Of a stretch of DNA of 34,244 bases, positions 1 to 11,908 are shown piece by piece. The position numbers and the translations under genes were made by a program. The stretch covers positions 88,351-122,594 of the forward strand of contig WELA01001243.1 of the NCBI GenBank assembly GCA_009602735.1. The letters run 5' to 3'. The notes under the pieces were generated by a model, which was not told the origin of the DNA, did not search any database, and was given only the letters and a program-made list of their open reading frames with translations. Source of the stretch: Mesotaenium endlicherianum (lineage: Eukaryota). How positions within the stretch are numbered: the stretch's first letter is position 1; each line of letters begins with the position of its first letter.

Positions 1-48
<48 letters not shown>
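1..48. repeat. (GA)n microsatellite inside an MRS2 intron
   Basis: 24 perfect GA units at the window start. Confidence 0.98.
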
Positions 49-51
<3 letters not shown>

Positions 52-445
52 CGGAACAAGGACCATGCAATTCTCCTCCGTGCCTGCAGAGTGAATAGTA
101 CTCACTGGAGGCAGGTGGCATTGTACACCTGTCCCTCATGCAAGGAGTACCAGAGGCTTATGAGGTGGAGGCTGCATGATGGTCAAAAGAGCAGCAGAGC
201 AGCGAAACGGGAATGTCACACTTTAGCCAGCGAGGATGATCTGCCGCGGACCGAAAGTCAGGGGCACCCACGACAGCATGAAGAGAGGACTCTGCCAACC
301 TTCCCCCTCTCCTTCCCGCCCTTCTCCACTACGTCGTAGAAGACGATACGTATGCCACGGTGGCACCGCAAAGATTTGACTACAGAGACCACAAGATGCC
401 TTTTCTTTTTCAGCAGCATAACACAGGGCGGCAAACAGCATGAGC

Positions 446-496
446 TGGGAGGAGTAGGAGGGGGAGGGGGAGGGGGAGGGGGAGGGGGAGGAGGAA
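446..496. repeat. (GGGGGA)n-type purine tract; C-rich on the MRS2 sense strand just after the donor at 534
   Basis: ggaggagtaggagggggagggggagggggagggggagggggaggaggaag. Confidence 0.9.
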
Positions 497-534
497 GTAG
501 GCAGGTAGGGAGGGGTCTGGGGGCGCCAGCACAC

Positions 535-3500
535 CTCCAAGAGCTGCTCAAGCTCCTCGATGTCGTCGCTCTCGGCCATGTAGGAGCTGCCCACGGTGCT
601 GACGCGGCTGAGGCCGCGCGAGCGCGGGGTGGGCGCCACCGCCAGCGACAGCGGGGAGCCCGTGCCGGAGGTGGGTGCCGACATGCCCTGGCTGAGCTTG
701 CGCGTCAGAAACATCTCCGCCATGTCGTCGTCGTCGTCCAGGAGCTGCTCCAGCTCGTCCTTCACCTGCTTGCTCCGAGCGAAAGAGTGAAAGAGTGGGA
801 GAGTGCAGGTACGAGCGGCAGTGCGAGTGCCCAGTGCGAGTGCTGGAGGGCGAGAGCGGGAGTGCACGAGTGCAAGTGCAAGTCTACTTCTCCATCCGTA
901 CACCAAATGCTCTACGTGCAAAATACGCACACACGCACACACCTGCAAGTCCAAGCAGGCCCAGGAGCTTCATGCACCCATGACAGCCTAAGCAGGCCGG
1001 CCACCACAAGGGACTGCCGGATCCTGCCCTCGAGATACTGCCCCAGTCCTGCTTGGGAAAAGCGCATGCAAGGCAGGCTCCGGCCTGCTCTGCAGACAGG
1101 ATCATCCTACTTTTGCATAGCCACTCACATTCATTTCCGGCAGGCGACCTGGCATGCACGTGCTGTCTGCAAGCAACTGTGAGCTTCAAGTGAATTTGCA
1201 AGGATAGCCCAACCACAGGAAAGCCAACCATGGCTCCCTGCATCGTCCTGAAGCATTCACATCATCTGCCGACAGCCCAGGGGTGGCTGGCGCCGAGAGC
1301 GACGGATGCGTGCGGTACAACTGCGAGCCGTTTACCAGGGAGAGCATCTATTGCCATGGGGAAATGGTGGGAAAGGGAGAGAGCCGGCCGCACCTTCTGC
1401 ACGCGGGCGATGAGCCGGCTCATCAGATTTTTGATCTTCCTCACGCGGTCCAGGTTGAGAGTGCTGATCTGTCCCCCACCCAAGCGCAGTCAGGAAGGGC
1501 GTGCACAGCCAGCCACAGCTGTCAGCCTTCCCAACATCAAGAGCTCGTTGCAGTGGTTGAGATCTGCCCAGAAGTGTCCCTAATGTGTGCATAGACTTCC
1601 TCCACTCACCGAAAGAAGTGGCACAAGAAGCGGGCTTGGTGGCTAACTGGCAGGAACGGATCTGGAACGGGCAGGGAGGCAGGACGCTCGGGCAGAGCCT
1701 CTTGCCAGTAGAGCAAGAAAAGCACGAGCAACACGAAATGAGCCTTCGATAGCCCTGCTCGCGGCCCCGGCCTAACAACAAACTAGCAACTCATCGGCAT
1801 GCGCGCACATGAGTTTGCATGTGTCCGGGTTCAAATAGTAAGATTTATGATAAGGGTAGGGTTATAATAAACAACAACATAAGCGAAGGTTGGTCAAGTG
1901 TATGGGCAAGTCAGTGCAGGGAGGGGTTGCACGGGGGGGAACCAAGCTTGGTGGTGAGCTCGTTGAGAGCTGGGAAAACATTGATTGTCATCAGGGTTGA
2001 GATTGTAGAACGCTCTCACGGGATGTGTGCTCCCCATGCATAGGCGAGTGAGTGCACGGGTGGGTGCGTGTGGGGAACACCTACCTTGGTGGTGAGCTCA
2101 TCGAGAGCCGGCGCGGCCGCTGTCTCGAGCTCGGTGGTGCGCGCGTCCAGGAAGCTGCACACCTCCTCCAGCACCACCTCCAGCGCCTGGAACTCGAATG
2201 CCGGCACTGCACCCCCCCCGTCCACATTCGCAGAGAAAAGAGGAGAGGAGAGGAGAGGAGGAGAGGAGAGAGAAAGGAGGGAGACAAGAGCACACCTCAA
2301 AGGTTTGGAAGCTGCTTGCAAAGGATGCTATGCTGCCACCCTGCCAGGTGGCGGTCCACCTCTGCCTGCCACTGTGCACCCGGCTCTGACAAGCACTGAC
2401 GTCTTCACATGCTGCTCTGTTTCGTATTGATGATACCCCCCCCCTTTCCTACCCCTTTACCCCCTCCCCTGGCGTGCACGAGATAAGCGATGTGTGGGGG
2501 ATTGCAACACCGTTTTAGGGTTCCTGAACTTTTGTTTGCAGTACGAGCACGAAGTAGGGGCATTGGCTAAGTAATATAGGGACCCCTTAAAAAGTGCCTG
2601 CCATTGCTCATGACTCCCAAGCACACTGAGGAGTTCATTCAGCCATAACACTGTATGCATTGACACTGAAACGGCATCAAAATTTGGCAAAACCCTGGAC
2701 CTCAAGGGTCGCTAGGGTTCCTACACATGTTCCATGTTAGAAGAGCATGCACCTGACACAGATTGTGCTTCACGCCAGCGACGTATGTTGTTCTTATTGG
2801 TCAAAAATGCATCAAGTCAACAGCAAGCATGAGGGGCTCACCAACGTATACACAGGCGCAAGACAGGTTTTATCTGGCTACCTTTGGGTGCCAAAGTGTC
2901 AAGGTGCCTTAAAACTTACTGCCACTTACATGCCCCCACTTGATTGCTCCGCTCGACTACTCACTGCGACTACTGACTGCGCCCCCTGTCTTCCAGCCCA
3001 AAGCCTAGAGAGTACCAGCAAAAGTAAGGGCACTTCAGTCCACATAGCATAAGTGCACCTGCAGGCTCCTCGTCGTCGTTGCCAAGCTGCCCCTCCCCGT
3101 CCCCTCCGAACAACGGCGGCCTTGGTAGAGGGGGGCGGATGGGCGAGCCGCGGTGGCCCTGGTGGTGGCCGCCTGCTGCTCTCTGCTGCTGCATGTGGCC
3201 GCCCTCGTTGTCACTGGCCTGCGAGGCACGGCCGCTGCCACCTGTGGCCGCGTTGGAGGCCAGCCGCCTTGTGAGCTCACGCACAAATGGGATTACCTTG
3301 TCGTCCGTGGAGTTGCGCAGGAGCACCTGGACCACAGAGCATCAACAGCCGTCGTTGATTCGTGAGCTCGCGCATGAAGAATATGATCTTGTCGTTTGTG
3401 GAGTTGCGCTGGAGCACCCGGATGAATCACGAAAGAGCACCGGTGGCCCAACGTTCATGAAGTTGACAGTTATCTCTTGGATTTTCTCAAAGCAAGGGAA

Positions 3501-5891
3501 GGGGGGCGAGGGCTGGGAGGGAGGGGAGGCAGGGNNNNNNNNNNNNNNNNNNNNNNNNNNNNNNNNNNNNNNNNNNNNNNNNNNNNNNNNNNNNNNNNNN
3601 NNNNNNNNNNNNNNNNNNNNNNNNNNNNNNNNNNNNNNNNNNNNNNNNNNNNNNNNNNNNNNNNNNNNNNNNNNNNNNNNNNNNNNNNNNNNNNNNNNNN
3701 NNNNNNNNNNNNNNNNNNNNNNNNNNNNNNNNNNNNNNNNNNNNNNNNNNNNNNNNNNNNNNNNNNNNNNNNNNNNNNNNNNNNNNNNNNNNNNNNNNNN
3801 NNNNNNNNNNNNNNNNNNNNNNNNNNNNNNNNNNNNNNNNNNNNNNNNNNNNNNNNNNNNNNNNNNNNNNNNNNNNNNNNNNNNNNNNNNNNNNNNNNNN
3901 NNNNNNNNNNNNNNNNNNNNNNNNNNNNNNNNNNNNNNNNNNNNNNNNNNNNNNNNNNNNNNNNNNNNNNNNNNNNNNNNNNNNNNNNNNNNNNNNNNNN
4001 NNNNNNNNNNNNNNNNNNNNNNNNNNNNNGGCAGGGGGGGGGGAGAGGGGGAGGAGAGAGAGAGAGAGAGAGGGTGCTCACGTGTCAGCTATAGTATATC
4101 TCGGCGGGACTGGCCAATCACTTGCATAACATTCTGATAGCAGAGTCAGACACAGCATGGCATAGGAAGCCCCGCAGTGTGTGCCTCGCCAAGTACACAA
4201 GCGATTGCATGGGTCAGCCGCTGGCATGAAGGACTGCATCAGCTGACCAACAGCCGACGGCTCGCAAGCAGACTGCTGTCACAAGATCCAGGGGCAATGT
4301 GAACGCCAATGGCAGTATAATGTGGGAGGACACAGTTTTCATCACTGAAACCCCACATAAACAATATCCTAAGGTCGTGAATGACAAGCACAAGCACGCA
4401 ACATGCCTAAGCCTTTATCGTACATCTGACGGCCATGATTTTTGCAGATGCTTACTTCAAGGTCTCTGGATTGGCCAGGCCAGAGGCAACATCTTCAGAG
4501 GGTAAATCGGCAGACCAGGTGAAAGAGAGAGCATACCTCTTCGGCAGTGATGATGGCTTTGATGTGCTGGCAACCCCCTCGCAACCCCAAAGTAAAACCT
4601 CTCAGAGACCCTCAACCTCAGCTCTTCACAAGGCCAACACATGTAACACAGGCATACTGCATGCTTGTCAAGTAGGACGAGCATGCCAATGCCTACATCC
4701 TGGTTAAGACCTCCACTAAAGTTTGGTAAAGACCTCCACTTACACAGCCGATTGCCTAAGGCTGAGGCAGCAGTGCATGCGTCAAGCTGTTGAAGCTTGT
4801 CGAGTCATCATTAACAACAATCAGAATCATCAGCTTCAAGGGTTTTGAGCAACAGCACAGTACACGCTCCCTGCATGCAACCCGCCCAGAGAAATGCCAA
4901 GGCACAACAAGAGAGAGCAGAGAGACTAGAATGTGGCAGCGTAGGATGACGACACCAGAGGTAGTTAGCTGACCTCAAGGTTGACGACGATGGCACGCTC
5001 TCGACCAAGAAGAGTCGAAGGATAGGAGAGAAGGGGGTCCAGAATGCGCAGGTCGCGGGCGTGGATGCCCACACGGCTCATGATGGCATACTTGTTGCAC
5101 TCCACTTCCATGTTGCCATCCACTGTTATTTGCATCCACTGAGCAATACCAGCCGCCCGTGTATAACGTTCAGAAAATAAAGCAAACGGGCAAAAGGTGA
5201 ATGGACAGCCGCTGATGCCTGATTTTCTGGAAGACCCGAATAAAAAAGGAGACAGTTTGCCATGTCATGACAGCATACAGTCGAGTGTATATAGATGATT
5301 ACCAAGCACACTCTCTGCATACACATGAGAACTGTCATGCACAGAAATTTGTGAGTGTTTTTTGCTGGCTTCAGCCCAAAACACGTGTTTAGCTGGCAAC
5401 CAGGGGTCAACAGGGCACATACTTTGTTCTTCTGAGCAGCAGCATCGGCTGCAGAGGGAGCAGTCGGCCTCAGAGCAACAGTCTTCTGTACCTTGTCACC
5501 ATCCACAAGAGAACCCAGAAGCACATAGATACAAGACCTTCGATATCGAGCTTGGTGGCAAGATGCCAGTGTATACACTTGCTTTGGTGTCACAACAAGC
5601 TTAATAGTTTGTTAAGAGTTGTAAAACCTTTACTGGCATCCTCGTCATCCGACGTGAGCTTTAACAAATGAATGACAAAATCAGATGCCGTATCTGCTTG
5701 TTTTAATTGCAGCATAGTGTCCAACCTACAATTGAAGAGTTCAGTACTGAAGCAAGTCTAGAGTTGTTATGAGAACTCGATGCATAGTACAAATTAGGTA
5801 AAAGTGCCGTCAAACTTCTCGAAAGCAAACTGCACAATCTTTCCCCACTTGCCTGAAGTATGCTCAAGTCTGCAGAGCGTGCAGACTTCAT
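535..5891 (-). CDS. MRS2: Magnesium transporter, MRS2/CorA family (spliced; 3' end runs off the window start)
   Basis: Phase-consistent exons on the - strand: 5891-5853 ([15 protein letters not shown] donor, tentative), 5485-5423, 5138-4974 ([49 protein letters not shown]), 4566-4537 ([10 protein letters not shown]), 3326-3059 ([22 protein letters not shown]..), 2206-2085 ([40 protein letters not shown]), 1468-1394 ([25 protein letters not shown]), 765-535 ([34 protein letters not shown]). These match hallmark plant MRS2 motifs. The TM helices and GMN motif are not in the window. Confidence 0.95.
3362..3422 (-). repeat. Degenerate intronic duplicate of the 5' end of MRS2 exon 3326-3059
   Basis: 48 of 61 nt are identical to 3271-3331, ungapped. 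It translates [19 protein letters not shown] versus [19 protein letters not shown]. The acceptor CAG reads CGG in the copy. Confidence 0.85.
3535..4029. other. Assembly gap (N run); other gaps at 17473-17728, 18241-18294, 19311-19904 and 33327-33425
   Basis: Each N run is bordered by poly-G/poly-C or GA-rich low-complexity sequence inside an intron. Confidence 0.99.
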
Positions 5892-6779
5892 CTTGGCTAT
5901 GACCTATGCGGCGTCTTACATCAGCGGAGGCCCTATTATCTTGGCCCTGCTTCCAGACTCTTGAATGAGAAGAACTGATGCCAGTGCACAGGCAGTTGAA
6001 ACAAGTGCCTGTCGCTGAAGCGAGAAGGTCACAGAAATCTATGTCTGACGGATGGATTAGGAAGGATGCACAAAATCGGGGATCAATGGCAACTTGCCCT
6101 CGGCACTTAGCTGAAGAAGAGCAAGCATCAATCATTCCCGCTACCAGGCCCAGTGTGCACTTCATGAGCAGCTTATGAAGTTTTATGCGAGTGATTGTGT
6201 AATAGATAATGATCGGCTTGAAGAAGGTCAGCCTCTGTCGGCAAAAAGTTGCAGGCTTTCCACTCACATATCCTGTTAAACATTTAGACAACCATGCAAT
6301 AAGCCTTCCTGCGAGGAATTTTGAAAGAGTAGCCAGAATGTAAGGTGCATATGAGAAGTTCGCATCAACAAACTGGTCTGCCTCTTCTCTCGAGCTCGCA
6401 TTGTTTGTTATTACCAACTAGTGATTGTTTGTTATTACCGGCTATACCGAGGCATGCATGGCCATGAATGCAGCTCTCGTGAAGGGACTGAAGAACGTCC
6501 GCGCTGCCCATGACAGCTTTCGACAGCCCGCAAGTTTGTCGGATGGCGTCGTTGACATAAGAACAGTCGGGGGCTAAGATCGGCAGCTGTATTCAAAGTC
6601 ATGAAGTGCCTGCAACGTCAATAGTGCCTGCACAGCGTCGGAACTGCGACGGCGCGTGTCAACTAGTCCCTCGAAAGCAAAGCGAACGATAGTAGAATCG
6701 AATTAGACACTTCAAAAAGTTCGGGCATGCATATATTCAAAACTTTAGTCTCGTCCTGGCCCAATTTGCGTAGCATACA

Positions 6780-7940
6780 ATGGAAGTCCATGCAACAGAG
6801 CTACAAGGTGCTTTCGAGGTAAGATAGAAGCGACCTTTTAAGAAGTGTGGGTTTTCCATTTATAGGCTGAGGAAGAAACGGTCTTTTCTCGCGTCTATCA
6901 TCAAAGTATACAATCTTGATTTATATAATGCAAGGTCGCACTAAACGCCTATCCTCTTTTAATTGCAGGCATATTTGGCTGCATTGAGCGCAACTTTGGA
7001 AGCAAAGGACGAGAAAAGTGCGAGGTATGAATCGGTAGATAAAATGATATGACTATGATCCTGCATGGAGTCACTTGATCAGCGTACGAGATAACCAACT
7101 TCATAGAGTTGTACATGAAATAGGAGCCCCGTACTTACGTACATTGTTACTCAGGACGGACACCGAGGAGAAGAGGGATGGTGCACCTCTGGTGACAGTG
7201 ACATGCCAGTTGCAGGCTACTCCCTCGTGGATGTATTCTGTATGGAAGTAGGAGCTTTACACTTCAAATTTGTTCTCTTCCAATGAGCAGCAAAGAAAGG
7301 AGCGATGCAACTGCGCTGGTGGCAGTAACTACCCAGTTACAGGCCTTCCATTCAGCATGCGACAAAGCCCAAGCCTTCGTGGTAAGTCCTAAGGACCCCA
7401 CACGTAAAAGCCATTCAATGTGCACCTGAAGTTTTTCTTTAAGATTGAGATATGTTCTGTTGTGCCCATAGGACTTAGAAATGTATGTGAAGGTAAGTAG
7501 AAGATGCCTCTCTTCTGGTGAGTGGCTTTTCATGCAGGGCTCCGATACCATTTATGCGATGACCTCGTCTTTGAAGGAGTTCAAAAGGGAAATGACAGGC
7601 TTCAGAGTAGGACAATGTGTAACGTGCTTCATCTTCTTCGGTGGTGGAAGAGATTTTGATTGTCCTAGACAGACTCGTCAGCTGTTTCTCTGCTAAATAT
7701 GCGCTTGTCGATGCTATACAGGAGAAGACACGGCAGCAAGTATTGCTGGACAGCTTGCAGGATGAGGCTGGGGGCTCTGCAGTGACCAGGGCCATTTCTG
7801 CAAGCGAGCGTGCTACCCAAGGGCTGAGTGCTCGCCAGCTAGAGGCTGTGACCGGAGCTGTGCGCACGCTGGCAGGCGAGCTGTATCATGGCAGTGGGCA
7901 CGGATTGTTTCTGGCTTCAGGATACCTCGGCCATTCGTGA
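6780..7940 (+). CDS. MED32: Mediator of RNA polymerase II transcription subunit 32 (plant MED32/MED2-like), about 134 aa
   Basis: Exons 6780-6818, 6969-7024, 7291-7381 and 7722-7940 are all GT-AG and phase-consistent. They give MEVHATELQGAFEAYLAALSATLEAKDEKSASKERSDATALVAVTTQLQAFHSACDKAQAFVEKTRQQVLLDSLQDEAGG..LSARQLEAVTGAVRTLAGELYHGSG.., which resembles recalled plant MED32 motifs (F..ACD.A..FVE..+Q.+....L.DEA and +SA..LE.+..AVR.L..EL..GSG). The exact C-terminus is uncertain. Confidence 0.82.
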
Positions 7941-10489
7941 CAAAGTGAAGCTGGGGTGGGGCTGCGGGCCTCCTGCGCTCAAACTTGGCCTGCTGGAGTA
8001 GCCCGCTGCTCCAATTGGAGGAGCACTTCAAGTTGGCTGTAAAAAGAACCATTCTGCATACCAAAGCTTCTTGGACCAGCAACAAGCAACGTGCTGGTTG
8101 TCCCCCCTCCCTTTCCCCCCCCGCGTGAGTGTGGGGAGTCTTGAGCACTTTGCTCAGGGGGGGTAGCCAAGAACCCCACTTGTCCATCTTCAGAGCCGAC
8201 AGCTGAGAGTTAGCACAGGTATAGGGTTTATGGCGCTCCTCGCTGTGCTTGAGGGTTCGAGCTGCAGCACAGACAACACCTGGTGTTCTGGCCTGGAGGA
8301 GAACACCTGGCTCTGGGACCTGAAGATACCAATTGATGCACAGTAGAGTCATGTCCACCCTCCCCTGCTGTTCCAGCGACAGGCAACTAGCCACCAGTAG
8401 GGACGCGCTGAACAGTTCTGGTGGTGGTTACAGAGGGAGCAGGAGTACCGTATCGTCTATACCGATGGCTCTTGGTTCTGCTTTTGGTACCACGATATCA
8501 AAGTCCGTAGCTTCTATGGCTGGCGAGGTGGACTCGCAAATGAGTCCGCAGGTTTTAATCCTCTTGCTTGAGCAATATATGGAGACAGTTTTCCGGGGAA
8601 CAAGCTGGGAACAAATTTGTTGAAGAATGTTGGGCAAGAAGGAGGCCAGCTTTTTGTAGAATGGGTCAGGGGAGTTCTAAGCCGTATGCTTTAGGGCTTT
8701 GATCCAGTCTGTGGCAGAGCTTGTGGGAGTCACAAAGGCCCCCTTCCGCGCCTCTGTACGCGGTGTAGGTCATTGAAGCATGCGCCAAAATATAGAGCCT
8801 TGTTGGCTGGCTGCAGCTTGTAGAGGTGTGTGGTGTCGGATATAATCTTTGCTGTCTTTGTACTCTTCAAATGAGCAGAGGGCGCTCGTTATGGCACTCG
8901 TTTCAGCTGTAGCGTGGTGAAGCCTCGCAGTTAGCTGCCAGGCCCAAGGAAGAGGTCAAAGGAGGGCAAGAGCGTGATGGAGGATTGCCGGAAGGGACAA
9001 GCACCCACAGCTGGCCATGGCCGCACTGGTGCTGGGGTGTGTCAGTAGAATTTGGTTAACCTGCTTGCGGTCAGTGTGCATGTGAGGCCAGGTTTCGCTA
9101 GGCACTTGCAGCTTTCTTATCATGCGAGAAGTCTTGTACGTTTTAGTGTGTCAAGAAGAGCGTGGATGGTGCGATCGGTGCAAGCATGCAAGTAAAACTA
9201 TAGTATACAGTGTAGTAATTATCATACTTATGGTATGATCAGCCGGAGACATTATCTGCACTCCTGCAGTGTCATGTCATGAGAGAAACTTGAAGACAGC
9301 ATTAAATCAACAGGGTCAGGTGTGCGATGAAAAAAGTGACTTGCATTCTCTTGGAGGGTGGTGGGCAACTTAATTCAGACGTCAAGTACTGCCATTTTGG
9401 TACATGTATATCGTCTAATGTACTACTTGTTTTCTAGTTCACTTTAAAAGAAGGTAATCTACTCCGCAGTTATGCTTGAGCATGCACAATGATTCCATCA
9501 AATATATGTGAAATACCGTATATAGCATCCTGTGCAGGAGGATACTCGTTGGATGTTACTTTGGTCAATAGAATAGAAAAGACAGTAGGCTTTCATAATG
9601 ATTGCTTTAGTTGCTTGGTCAAACCTAGCTACGTTTATTTCAAAGATTGAAGATCATATATGCAGCTTAAAGTGCTTGCTTTTTTGTGGTATTTCTTTGA
9701 GCTTGAAGCTTTTTGTATGTGCACGTTACTGAGGATAAAATAGATTGGTAAATGCTGTTTTTTATCTAGTCGAGGTTGAAGCATGATTTGGCTCATCAGC
9801 ATAGACTGATGTAACCCTGGCAGTTTTAGCTGGCCGTACATGGTTGCATAATGCAGCACATAAGCATTGCAAACTTAATTAAACATTTCAAGAACTTATG
9901 TCTTCAACTAGCTAGCACGACTTCGGAGTCAAAAATCTAAAGCCTCTAGGGTGGTGGTATATCATCCTTATATTGCACGTAACAGTACCAAAGCCATGAG
10001 ATATTAATGTGTCCAATTGAAACAACATAGTCTTTACGTACTTTTATGATGATGGCATCATTGTATGACAGGCTTTGCAACTCCTGAAATTGTAGTCTTT
10101 ATTTGCTAGCATTCATTTTCTGCTGAATAATGTGCCTTTACCTAAGCGTTGAAGGTCTGCTGTTATATTGTACTAGAAAGTTGTCAAAATCCCAAAACAA
10201 TACTCAATACAGGCTTGTAACGCACAACCAAGAAAGAGTTGAAAGAGATGATTTTATTAGTGCATAGATGCTGCACTGTGAAACATGTATGACTTCGTGA
10301 TCATGGAATGCTCCGCACTAAATTGTGCCATGAATTGGTATCTAATATAGGTTTTAAAAAATATCATGACTGACACAACCCTTCGAACAAAATGTGAGTG
10401 TTTTTGAGACGAGAGACCAAAAACGGGCCACCTGGCATACACCTCGCCTTGCATGGAACAGCGTGTGGCAAGGAATAACAGAGGCTGCA

Positions 10490-11908
10490 TCAGAAGAATC
10501 TGTGCTGATGGCTATGGGCTGCACCTGCTATGGCTTGATCAATTGTCAAGCCAGCTGCACCAACTTCACGGTCGTGGTGATGAAACAAATGGGTGAGGAT
10601 GCCTACAGCACATAAGACACTCCCCACTAGCAGCTTGTCATACTTCTCTACCCAGGCAAACTTCAGCTTGCTCGCACCATAGAATGAGAGAGCAACCAGT
10701 GAAACCATCACAGTAAGTGTTGATAATAAAAGAACGACCACTGCTACAAGCATAGTACTGTAAGAGGCATCACTGACAGCTAGGAAGACTGGCAAAGTAG
10801 CTGCACATGGTGAAAGGGCAGGGACTAATATGAGCCCTGCCACGGCCATCTTCTCCATGTTTCCTCCATGATTATGGGAGTGCGCGTGACCTCCCTTCCC
10901 CAGCAGGTGAAGGAGTACGTAAGTAGCCCCAAGAAAAATCAGGAGAAGGGAGGCAACATTATGCACAGCCTCTTCTCCTGCAATGGTGTGGGCCATCGTC
11001 ACGGCTGTGAAGCCGAGGACAGATGTAGAAAGCACATGGCAAAAGGCCCCCAAAGCAGCTGCAAAACAACCATAGCACATGAATGGTGTTGTGCGCGACT
11101 TATAAACCCTCGATATCTTCATCACAAGTTTCAGACATCACACCCGACTTATAGACAAATACAATGTCAGTCCCCATTGTAAAAGGCTGAAAGGGACACA
11201 TGCTGCCAACATCGTTCTAAAGGGAGTCTTACACAAGCTGATTGCATAGACTGTAGAAGGAACTTGAACCTGCTTCACAGTATGTCCAAAATCAACTTAG
11301 TGCCTAACCTGCATCTTTCTCCTCAGATCCGCTATCAGAAGAAATCAGTTCGAACCTAGTTGCAAGCCACAACGAAGAAATTGCTAAGGCCAGCAAGCAT
11401 TGCAGATTTCGCTTAGGAACAATCAGGCTACTGGCAAACAGGTGAAGCTTCTACAGCGTTGGTTAAACGTGATTGGTGAGGCCTTGGGGAAAATAATCTA
11501 GTGGAGGGAGTGCATTGCAAGATGGGCAATAAGTACAAATTTGACTGATACTAAGGAGGGTAGCACTTTTATTTGGCCATGAAATTAACATGACTATATT
11601 CCTCCACTTGCTTCCAGTTGACCTTTGCACTATGTTCATCAATGAACACACTGGGGAGCTGAAAAAGAAAGAAAATTAAGAATGCAGCCTTGCGTTACGT
11701 CCATATTGATGACGCACTAAACACTGGGAGGGAGAGGGGGTAAGAATTAAGAATGCAACTTACTGACGAGAAGCGTCTGTGATATACTCCACTTCTGAGC
11801 GCGTCCGACAACGGAGAAGGGCAGCCAGTGGGTAGGAATGAAAGAATGCAAAACTGACACAGTCACAATACCCCCGAACGTAGACAGCTCTGCCGCAGTT
11901 ACACCCAT
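10490..11908 (-). CDS. Conserved His-rich multi-pass membrane protein, NiCoT/RcnA/UreH-like putative Ni/Co transporter, about 237 aa
   Basis: Exons 11908-11764 (MGVTAAELSTFGGIVTVSVLHSFIPTHWLPFSVVGRAQKWSISQTLLV, GTAAGT donor) and 11058-10490 (TTTTGCAG acceptor, phase 1). About six hydrophobic segments, an H-x5-H motif in TM1 (LHSFIPTHW), a His-rich loop GGHAHSHNH, an LSPC motif, and a His-rich tail (HHHD..HSHQH). The gene model is solid; the metal-transport function is inferred. Confidence 0.85.

Noticed and set aside
101..131. Exon-like unit acag|GTGTAC..CTCCA|gtgagt on the minus strand
   Set aside because: It translates VYNATCL, which does not match the expected next MRS2 segment (AYFMQID-like).
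352..1182. 276-aa plus-strand ORF and similar long ORFs in GC-rich regions
   Set aside because: These are antisense shadows of MRS2 exons plus low-complexity intron sequence. No domain is recognisable, and stops are rare in GC-rich DNA.
4701..4740. Short tandem duplications (17 bp at 4701/4724; 13 bp at 27937/27950)
   Set aside because: Ordinary slippage-type duplications with no link to a functional site.
5794..6417. 207-aa minus-strand ORF upstream of MRS2
   Set aside because: Non-ATG start and no recognisable similarity. It overlaps the likely 5' UTR and promoter in a different frame from MRS2 exon 1.
7155..7180. Possible 26-nt cassette exon in MED32 intron 2 (tcag|GACG..GATG|gtgcac)
   Set aside because: The donor is weak and inclusion would shift the frame. 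The MED32 model is complete without it and there is no transcript evidence.
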